A stretch of 64,000 bases of DNA, taken from the NCBI GenBank assembly GCA_965153355.1, contig OZ231126.1, positions 27,900,001 through 27,964,000 of the forward strand. The letters run 5' to 3'. Source of the DNA: Flaccisagitta enflata (Eukaryota). Shown here in pieces: positions 26,101-37,200 of the stretch. Made by a program: the position numbers and the translations under genes. Positions within the stretch are counted from its first letter, which is position 1. Each line of letters begins with the position of its first letter. Below the pieces are notes generated by a model. The model was not told the origin of the DNA, ran no database searches, and saw only the letters and a program-made list of their open reading frames with translations.

Positions 26101-28259
26101 ACGGGACTGCTATATGAACTTTAGACTATACATCCATGTGATACTACAGATCTTGGAAATATGGATGCGTAAATTGGACTACTACAGGGTGTTAACTGTC
26201 AGCAACTTTTGACTGATTTGACCAAGCTTGCCTGCAAGAACGCCAGTGCAGTTAGGCTGCTTGTAATTGAGGGAATTTTTGCTAAGATTACCAGAATGAG
26301 TGAGAAAAAAAAGAAGTGAGGGGCCTTGACAGAGAAGAGATTTCCCAGTTTTACGACCTTTTTCCTCTCGGCGATAGCCGCATTATTGGTGAACCCGAAT
26401 AACTTGATTCTATTTCTAAGAGCCATTTTCATTTTATGTCATAGCATTATTTAACCAGTCAGTAATACCTGTTGCCCTGCTTTGCATGATTGTGAATTTG
26501 AGTGAGGGAAGCAAGGCAGTGCAGTGGCCCTGAAGAGGAGGAAGTCCTGTAGAATACAGTGGACTTATGTCCATTTGTCCGTTCACCCATTCATCAGTGA
26601 TTTGATGCCTGGGCTGGGAGAGCAGATTTGAAGCCCGAGAGGGTTTATTAAAGGCCCTGTGTTCTACAGGACTTTGTCCCATTCGGGGCCGCTGCCCAAC
26701 AGACACTTGCTGCTTAGAAGCAATATCGCAGGTCCGCATCTAGAATTAATCGTGGTTAAATTTGGTGTTCTCGGTTCGATCTCCCATGATTGGCGAGCAC
26801 TTTAATCAGCCATAGGCAAACTAGGGTCCCTTTATAGACTTAATGGAGAAAAATGTTGAAGCTCCTGCCGCAGCAGCAGCATCGTTAGTGCTTTGAGTCC
26901 CAGGGAGCGCGTAGTGACGCTGCGTCGCAGCGAACTCTGGGCGCGTCCTCGCGCTGCTGCTTTTCTGTTTTCGTCAAGACTTGAGAGATCTATTTTTCCT
27001 ATTTGTGCTCTGAACAACCTAACTCAAGCGCGAATGGACGAAGGAATTTCACAACAATGTGACTGCAGTTTTCTTTTTTAGATGCGTCATCGCATTTCTA
27101 TATGAGGGTCTGTCCGTCCGTCGGTAGTTATGTCCGTTACGCTTGTTCTCAAATCGCACAGATAACGCGTAGAGTTGCCCGGATGGGCTCTTTTTTTTTC
27201 TATTGCATTCCAAATCTGGGAATGCTGGCACTTGCATTCGACCGCGTGCGACTGGTGCAACAGGCTGCCCTTACAAAAGCTCACGCGCATTTTGTTTTTC
27301 TCAACTAGCATCCAGTTTTCGTCCTCCTCATTTTGGTGATTGTTAAAGAATTCTTAAGACGAAGTTCTAACAAAACAAACCTCGATTTTTGGGCAGCGGC
27401 TCCAAAGGGGTCGATGACCTATGCTTTCACGTATGTGGGGAATTTTCTTCTCCTGCTTCTTCTTTGAAACACCCCCGCACTTCCGGGCTCATATCTCAGC
27501 CTCCAGGCCCATACCCAGTCTCCAGGCCCAAATCCCAGTCGTGAGGCTAAAATCCCATTTCCAAGGCTCAAAGCTCCAAGTCTCTCAAGGGATTTGGGCC
27601 TCAAGACTGGGAGTAGGAGAAAATTCCCCAAATGTGTGAAAGGCTGAAAGCATAGGTCATTGACCCCTTTGGAACCGCTGCCCTGCTCCCTCCCTCAAAC
27701 TCGATTACAACTTATTTAAGCAGGGCACGGGTACCGCTGACCATCTAACGCTTTTGCGACTATGCAATGATTTAGCTGTTCAGCATGTCTTAAGTCTTTG
27801 GCATAAATAGCGACAATTCCTGGCAACAAGTGACGCGGGGTCACAATATCGTTGCGGACGGGTGGTCAGGGGCATCCAACCCCCATCCACACCCCAACCC
27901 ACCCCCAACACTCAAACATACACAAAAAGTATCGAAAACGCTCGTTTTCCCACTTTTCAACTTGATCACGATGACGGACCGACGGACCAACGGACGGACG
28001 GACGGGCAAAGCCTCTTATAGGGTTGCGTGTCCGCAACTAAAAATAGCATCAATGCGTCATCTCCATGATTATTTAATAGACTTACCGACGGATAGACCA
28101 ATGGACGGACAGAGGAAAAAGATCATCAACAAACTGGGGCGCTTTGAACAAGTCTGGATCGACGGCCACCATAGTCGCGAATGGGTGAGCAAAAGCGGAA
28201 ACCCCAAAAAGATTTTTCTGACGGACCGACCAACCGACTGACCAAAAAGTGGCTTATAT

Positions 28260-28340
<81 letters not shown>

Positions 28341-28909
28341 TCGGTCTAGAGAAGTTATATGATTAATGGAAGTTGAATGGCATTTAGGAATGCTGATTTT
28401 GTCCTAAGAAGTGAAATTATGATGACGTGATTATTTGAAGTATTGAAGTAAAATGGTAAATTTGAGGTGAAATTGACGCGGTTCAATTGTAGGTTAAAGT
28501 GTCTATGTTCAATGGGATTTTTGTGAGCTTGAGTGGAAAGTGGCGGGATTCAATACACAAGTCTAAGTGATTGACTAAAATGACAAACAAAATTGGTGGG
28601 GTTCAATGTCAGGAGTGGTGGATTTCAACGTCATGTTAGGGATGGAGTTCAAGGTCAAGTTAGTCTTGGGATGCTAGGGTGAAGAGTTGGTGATTTTCGA
28701 TGGCGATCGGAAGTATTGGATAAAATGGCAATTTGATGTAGTGGGAATCGATAGCAAGGTGGAGTGATGGGATTTGATAATTAGCGCAATTGAGGGGATT
28801 TTATGGCAAGTGAAAGGGGGGGGGGGTATCAGTGGCAAGGTTGAGCGTTAGGGTTGGATAACAGGTGATGGGGTTCGATGGCAAGTGAAAGTGGAGGGGT
28901 ATCAGTTGG

Positions 28910-29710
28910 GTGCTTCACATGGCAAAAGTTGGGAGTATCCCTTCACCCTACTTAGGTAATGTGGAGGAGCAAAAATCATGAAGATGACCATTTTCCTTTT
29001 TTCAAAATTCCTTCGTCTTCCGTTTTTAGATGCGTCCTCGCATCTCTAAAAGAGGGTTTGTCCGTCCGTCGGTCCGTCCGTCCGTCCGTCGGTCCGTCCG
29101 TTGGTCCGTTACGCCTGTGCAAAAAACGCGGTTTTCGGCCGTTTTTGGCTACGGCGAGATCCTACACTGAATCTACTGCGAGACAAACATTATTTGAGAG
29201 CCTCCATTACTACTCTTGTCGTTCCATCTGTCTGTTTGTCCATCTGTCAATCCATATGTGTTACATGACCAATATACGCAGAGACACAGTCTGGACGCAT
29301 CGTTGCCAGTTCGGGCTTGTTGTTTTAGCCTTAATGTTTCCACTGATTTCCCAGAATTCAGCAAAATCCTGTATAGTTTTGTTACAAAAAGGACAATTAT
29401 TTGTTTTAAAAAATCATGATATATGTAAAAATAAACTAAAATATCAGAACATAAGTTATGAAAGAGCAAATGAAAAGGCAGAATTGCAATTCTATGAAGA
29501 GTAGAAAATTATGAAAGCTGATTCAAACTATGTCAGCATATTGTTTTATCCCACTGCATTATGCAAATTAGGTCCTCAAAAGCAATTTTCTAAAAAACCG
29601 AAGATGAACGATTTTTGATAAAACAAAAATGGTAAGAGTCCTAAAATTGGTCACTCCACATTAGGTAAAGAGGGCAAAAAGAAATAACCAACTTTTGCTA
29701 TGCGAAGCAC
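28910..29710. mobile_element. MITE (inverted copy of 9581-10087) with a nested short HINE-like repeat at ~29024-29322
   Basis: TIRs GTGCTTCACATGGCAAAAGT / ACTTTTGCTATGCGAAGCAC; the internal sequence is the reverse complement of 9590-10080. Confidence 0.8.
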
Positions 29711-29901
29711 GCAAGGGTATCAGTGGCAAGACGTGATGTTGCCGTTCAAAGGCCAAAGATTTTAATAGGAGTCAATGCAAAGTTTCATTGTTGGCTGTTG
29801 GGGACTAATGGCAAGTTCAATTGGTAGGTTTTGATGAGAAGTAGAAGCGAGTGGCGTGGTGCCTTACCAAGTGGGGTGTTAGGGCGAGCGGAAGTGGTGG
29901 A

Positions 29902-29969
<68 letters not shown>

Positions 29970-31204
29970 TCGTGGATCGGATGGCAAAGGGATAACAAAT
30001 CATAAAAAGAAAATGAGAAGGCTTGTTCACTGCTCAATCCCCCGGGAAGGAGCTTTCGGGATCTTTTCCTCATTCTCAATTGTCTCACTGGAATTTTGTA
30101 TGAGGGGGAAAAGATTGTCAGAACGTGACTGCTGAAAGCAAACTCTTGTTTATTCTGTCAGTACGTGCTTATGGGTGTTGGAAAGCGTCTTGTTGAGTGG
30201 AGGAAAAAATGGGAAACCAATCGGCCTTGACCATCGGAACATGAGAGCAAGAGAGAGCGTTGGGTCATGACCCGCATTAGCAACTTGGTTGACACGCTGT
30301 GACGTGGGGATTTGTTTACTGGGCAGTGGGTTGGAATCGGGGTAAAAAAACTCTTGACATCTCTTCACCAGCGAGTTCCTACCACTGTGTGATGATGATT
30401 ACGCATATGGCGCTCTCTAAAAGATGCTCTCTCGATCTTTCGGTTGGTTCATACATTTGTAACTTGCTTGCTCAAAACTTGCTCAAATCGATGCTTGCAA
30501 GGCCGGATTCACGACTACCCAAGTCGCATGCGGGTGGGCAAGATCAGTGATAAAAAAGAAAACTCAGTATTTGGGCTGGGGCAGTAATGCGAAAACCAGC
30601 CGTTAGTCGAAAACACAGTGTTGGCAATGGCTGGAACAACAGACCGATAAACCGACAGACCTCGCGTGTACGCGACTGAAAACCTGATGACTTAGTTATC
30701 GTTTCACATCTAAGACAAGTATTCTTGTCATGTTTTGATTGGCGATGAATTCAGTAAGACTAATGATCGACTCTTTCTTATCGTCGTTTCTTTCTCCCTC
30801 AAAGATATTCGGTCTGGAATGTGAAGATCTGACTATGTAAGCCGATTAAAAAAAGGAAGAAATCGACGCTCTTTTTTTTAAGTCGCATGCTACGCGACTC
30901 TACACCCCGCTTTGTGTGTCCGTCCGTCCATCCGTCTGTCTATCACATATTACTTTTTCGGCGCTAGTGTTTTTGGCCTTGATGCTGCTGCTCAAATGTT
31001 CCACTGAAATCAGTTTATGACCCCTGCCCACCCGCACGCGACTCGGGTAGCCGTGCATCCGGCCTTGTTCAATGTACAACCTCGTTGAATCAAAGTTCTC
31101 GTTATCTGGTAGACTTTCTCTATTTTAAAATCGGCATTCATGTAGAAAAAATAACATCACTAATTGGCTTCATCGTATAGGCAATATTGGAATGGAAACT
31201 CGGT

Positions 31205-34200
31205 CTAATATCCTTTTCCATTAAGGAATCTCTTGAACATTTCCAGCGCTTCGACGGGTTTGTCGGTGGGAACCATGTGACCCGCTCCTTTGACAGTCAT
31301 AAAGGAAATGCCCTCGAAATCCTTCACAAATCCAGCAATTTGCTTTTGGTTCTTTTCATCCTGTAAAGCAAAGGGTGAAAAAAACCCCTCTAAACAGTGA
31401 AAATATAACGGTAAGAAAAATCTTGGAGGAAAGAAAAGAAATACAAGAGCAAAAAGGAAACTAGGCCAACACCTTAGTCGCGTGCGGTTGTTTAGACCAT
31501 AAGACCAAAAGACTAAAAGACAAAATGTAAATTGTCTTGAAATAACTTAAAATAACTTAAAATGACTTAAAATGATGTAAAATGACGAAAAAAAGGTAAG
31601 TGTGATGGATGGACCAACCGACGAACCGACCGACAGACCAGGTCATAGAGTCGCGTGCACGCGACTAAAAAAGAAACAAGGCCGGATACACGGGCCAAGA
31701 CGGTGCGCAGGGCGTCATTAATTCTTAGACCTATCCGTAGCTCTATCAGACCTATCCGTAGCTCTATCAGACCTACCTGACCTATCACCAGCTCTATCAG
31801 ACCTATCCCTAGCTCTATCAGACCTATCCTGAGCTCTATCAGACCTATACCTAGCTCTATCAGACCTATCCCTAGCTCTATCAGACCTATCCCTAGCTCT
31901 ATCAGACCTATCCCTAGATCTATCGGACCTAGCCATAGTCCTATTAGACATATCCAACCTATCACCAGCTCTATCAGACCTATCCCCAGCTCTATCAGAC
32001 CTAACCGTAGCTGGTTACTTTAGTGGATGAAATGACGAGTATCATCAATGATGAGCGAAATGAGCTTTCGATTGATCTCAAACATTTTTAGCGATTTTTC
32101 ATTTGAGCGTGACCGACAGATGGACGGACAGAGCCTCTTATAGAGGTGCTATGGCGCATTGAAAAATCATCATATCTTATTTCTGAATCATTTCCAGTGA
32201 TTTCTGCTTCTTTTAGAGATTTTCAACTTGAGCGTTACCGACCGACCGACCGACCGACCGACCGACCAACAGACAGAGCTAGTTATAGAGGTGATACGGC
32301 GCACCTAGAAACGAGAAAAATCTGAATGACCGTTGAAAATTCGCGATTTTACGAAAAATACTCCTATTATCGCTACTTACCAAGACTAGCCAAGCTCGCT
32401 TGTTGCTCTTGAGAGGCGCGTTTAATCCGTCTACGAACCACTGATCGCCCAAGAAATTGCATGCCAAATCCAAATCGCCGTTGTACACCAAAATTCTGAT
32501 CTTTCTTGCCATAAGATTTTTGTAAACATTGGCCATATCCGTATATTGACGGTGATAATGAGCGAAGATATAGTTATTGCAAAAGTCCCATTTCTTCACT
32601 TGCGGCGCAACATGCAAGGCTGAAAGCAATAGGCGATGAACATATTACTCGTCTAAAGAGGAATTGGCTTATTGGCCGCTGGGGAAATTGGAAGGGGCTT
32701 TTAGTCACGTGTCAATGGGTAGGTCCGACCATCCCAAAATTTTGGATGAGAAATCCTTAGAAATGTTTTTTTATGGTCACTCGGCCCGTTCAGTCTCAGT
32801 ACAGCCCCCCACCCCCACCACATTTCTGCCCCATCCCACCTCTCAAGTGACCACTTGTTGGTTCGGTTGTTCATTCATTTTCCAAGCGATGCTAAAAGAG
32901 GGTGTGTCCGAAGATGAGTAAGTAGGTAGGTCTGTCCCTTTCGCGAAATTATGGATGGCGGCCACAATACTAGTCAATACTACCCCTACCCGCTTGTATT
33001 TTTGCCTCTGGCCACCTGCAAGCGACTAATTAGTTGTCTATTATCCGTCTTGTTTTTTTGCAGGGGTGTATATTCTTGAGTCGCTTTTGATTTTTTTCCC
33101 CCCCCTGCCTTTGATTTTCTTCCCCACGACGCGTCGCGTCGCGTTTTTATATCCATGTTTTTCTTTCCCATATAGCAATAAAACTATGTAGTTAAGGCTT
33201 AAATAGTGTTAAATTGTGTTTTACTAATTGAGTTTTATGATTTGGTACTGTAAAAAGTTATATTTTCCCCAAATTTCCTTTTTTTCTCTTTTTTCCCCCT
33301 TTAATTTCCTTCCCCATCTCCAGACCCTTTGATTTTCCCCCCCCCACCGGGGGGGGGGAAAACTCAAGAATATACAGGCCTGTTTTTTTGTTTGTTTTTT
33401 TTTTGGGGGGGGGGGTCGAAATGGGTTACGAATTATTCAATATCGCATTGGTCCGGACATACCTGCTCTCACTTCAGGAGAGTTAAGATATTTGAGCAGG
33501 TCTGAGCCATCCGTGCATGGTGGGTCGGTGTTTTCTTCATCAGAGAATGGGGATACGCTGAAATTACCACGTTCTAGGCGAATGGCAGGATTGTCAACGA
33601 AGAGTGAAGTATGCTGAAGGTTAGAGACAGGGCCTGTGCCTGTGGGTGGACAATAAAAACTGAGTAAAGACTTTACTTTTGGTAATACTTTAACCTTACT
33701 TTTGGTTTACATTACTTAAAGATGATATTTTATCACTACAACACATATTTAAAATAATAGACCCAAAAAAGTACGATTATCTTGCTCAAAAGTATATCGA
33801 CAAGATACAATACAGATCGAATTTTGATCAATTAATGCATTTAAGTTTTGTAAAATGCGACTTCTCCTTTGAGTGACCTTCCTTGGCATCAACTATAGCT
33901 TTCATTGCGCCTTGGTTTGCCTTTGTAAAGCAGATGAAGTTAAGATGGCGTGGTGTTTTCCCACATCTGGAGAGCGATTTTCAGCCTGGCCTTCGATGTG
34001 GCGCTTTCTTAATTCTGCAGCTTCTTAATTTGAATTCACGTCAATTCAATCAGTTAGTGGCCCGGACTGATTCCAGGCCAACCTGGAAACAACTTGACGC
34101 CATGGTGAATGTGTCGCTGTCACGGCGTGGTGCGCAAGAGAATCACTCTCCCTCAACTGGTGTCTTTCAAAAATGCAGTTTTTCCGCTATTCTCTACTTG

Positions 34201-37200
34201 AAGTAGTAACTTTGTTTTGCTTGTCATTTCTTGACGACTACACTTAGAGCCATGTGGTTTGCGCCATTCGATTGGAAATTTGATGAACTTTCCAAACGTC
34301 CCCAATTTTCCTTTGTTTACATAACTTTTTCGGTAGTCATGTCCCATAATGCTTGTCGATTTACATATTAGCAAGATAGTATATTTTAACTATATGGGAG
34401 AAAAATTTGATTTTTCAACTGCGCGGGAAAGAACAGGGGGGGAATCAATCGAAGGTTATGGAACTACTACACAAATAAAATCTTCCCACCTCAAAACAAG
34501 CATCAAGTTTAAAAATGTGCCTCTCCTTAACTGACAATGATACTGACCGTAGAGCGGTCTCATATTAAAAACTTTAAGTAACTCTTTCAAATGGGACCAA
34601 TCTGGTTGTTATAACTTCGTTGGTTAGGAGCAGCACTCTTCCAAAGTTGATGGTAGTTTTCAGATGGGAAGATTTTTAGTCGCGTGCACGCGACTCGACA
34701 ACCCGCTTTGTCCCTCGGTTGGTTGGTTGGTCACGTTTCATTTTTATGATCTTTTTTTTTTTACCTCACTGCTCCTGCCCAAATGGTCTAGTGACTTCAA
34801 ATATGGCCCCTGCCCACCCGCACGCGACTTCGGTAGCCGTGTATCCGGTCTTGCTTTATGTTAAGACTGTCCGGAAGTAGTGGAAGTTAGTCTTCGACTT
34901 TTTGACATATTCGAGAAAAACATAGTTTTCATTTTCTTATGCGAAAATCTAGAAACTCATTCGGTTGATTGGGGTCTCCAATGAAATTGATAGGGTAGGG
35001 GTAGGTGTGACACTCTTCACATTCCCCACCATATCCAGGTCAAGAAGCGCTCGATCGGATGCATTCGACTCCGTGGATCCCGAAGAGGAGGAGAGGCTCT
35101 CTCGCTGTCGATGATTCCAAGATGGCGTCTGCTCGACTGCAGAGTGGAGGAAATCGAGGAAAAGGAGAGAGATCTTCGATCGACGGAGGAAGTGGAGGAA
35201 CGCGCGCGCGCGCCGAAAGCGCTGACTTCCGGTTGAGGATTGATGGACTGTATCTCCTCAACCGCTTAGAGGAGAATAGACTTCGACCCCTCTAACGAAT
35301 TCCCACGACGCGACGGTTTCATTGAATTTTGTTCCATTGCTGCCAAATAATTTCAAATCTCGTGATGCTTTGATTAAATTTGTTATTTATTCCTAGGTTA
35401 AGTAAAAGTAGCTTCCCTGACTCTCTTACTGACATTCGACTTCACAATCTCAGTTAAAGACTCGATTTTGATGCTTTTTCCCCGACTTCCCTGCCCTGCG
35501 CCTAGATTGGAAACCGTTCGACAACATCCGTGTAAGTCCTTGACCTTTTACCTTTTTGGCGCGTTTACAGAAGTATCCTTCATTGATGTACAGAGTTTGT
35601 CCTAACCTTTTTCTTTCTCTCTGTCCATCAGGATTCCACGAATAGACTGATTTCGCGGACAACTTGACTGCTCATCTCAACAATTCGTTCTAAGCGGGTG
35701 TACGTTCCAAATCATTAGCGCAGCTACGCAGTGGAGTCAGTTCTCGCGATTACGCATCAGGAGCTTGATAAGAAATCAAGACGTTAAACGCTCTCAATTC
35801 GTGGAATCAAAAACCATCAACGATCCACGCAACGTCAACGATGTCGACCGCCAACAACAACGCCAACACCGACGCGACGTCAATGCCGCCACCTTCGCTG
35901 CCCAATCAACGCAGGAAGGCTTTCTGACCAACCGACTGCGTGTCCGTCGTTTCCGACTCGTCCGTCTATGCGGGCGCAATGGACCCCGTAGCCACGACGC
36001 TTCGCGGATTACGAAAGGCTCTACGCAACACGCGCAACGCCTACATGTCGTCGTTGAAAACCGCCGATACCCTTAACGATGACGATATTTTGGACTTTTA
36101 CCAAGATATGGACTGCCTTCGAAAGGAAGTGTGGTTAGCGGCGTGGCGATTGATCAATACGACGAAGACTTACGCACACGCAGAATCGACGAACAACCCC
36201 GACAAAGCGGCGTCATTGTTGTCGACAGCCGAAAGCTCATTGACGGAGGTACGGAAACTGTGGGACGCGTCATGCTTCCACGACAAAAACACTTTTGCGT
36301 CGCATCTGTTCCTGCCGACCTACCACGACATCCACGACGAGTCACCAGAGACTGGAACAAAACGCGCTCTCGAGATGACGATGGGGTCGTCGACGATTTC
36401 GTCCAATCTTTCACGACGACGCAAATCAACGCCGAACGTGACCGGCGACATGAAGACGCGGAGAGGACGACTTGCCCGTCGGCACGGAAGCAGCGAATCT
36501 CAATGCAGCGGAGCAACGTCACAACGCGCCGCCCCACACGCCAGGCGCGTTAGAAGACGCCGAAGAGATACGCATAAACTTTGAACCTCCAACACCGGTG
36601 ACGCCGGCAAAATCACGTTTTTTGTCGGCCAGAGACGATGAAGACGACGACACCAGCGACGCAATGGAAACGTCATGGCCGGACGCTGACGCCAACCTCC
36701 CTCCAGGCGCCGTCGGCGGCGCCCCTCCCACACAAGACCTTCTCAACATGTTACAACAGTCGATTGCCGACGGTGACAGAGTCGCTCAAGGCGACGCGAT
36801 GGTGCAAGTCGTCGGACGTCTCGTCGACGACGTTAACCAAGTTCGACGCTCGGTGGCGAGAGAAGCACGCGCGAACACGAGATTCCGTCTCAGCTCGCGC
36901 TCTGTATCTCAACAACGGGAAGAGAACGCCCGGCAGATGACGGCAAACATCGCATTAAACGCAGCCGTTAATGCCCGAACAGATGCGGTCACGGCCGGAA
37001 TCGACGAGAGGAAAAGAAGGGAGGAGGAGGAGAGGAGGAAGAAGGAGAAGGAGGAGGAGGAAAGACAACGCATCCACGCTGAAGAAGTGAGAAGGAAGGC
37101 AGAGGAGACAAGAAAGGGGCAAGAGGAGAAAAGGAGGATAAACTTGAAGAACAAGATGGCACTGGAGAAAAGAGAGAAAGAGGAGAAAGAAGAAAAGAAA

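Noticed and set aside
30684-30720. Hammerhead ribozyme cores at CTGATGA (also ~10978 and ~51800)
   Set aside because: No stem II followed by GAAA and no closing stems.
33860-33967. Extra CTSA exon
   Set aside because: It would need a weak non-GT donor. Exon 33639-33463 already joins 48207 in phase and gives a normal-length 479-aa protein.
35059-35295. 78-aa ORF duplicated in both LTRs
   Set aside because: Short, with no recognisable domain; its duplication simply reflects the LTRs.
35802-35820. TGGAATCAAAAACC as a tRNA primer-binding site
   Set aside because: It starts 5 nt from the LTR, and I cannot match it to a tRNA acceptor stem from memory, whereas the LTR-internal 12-nt match is exact. 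A tRNA search is still needed to exclude it formally.
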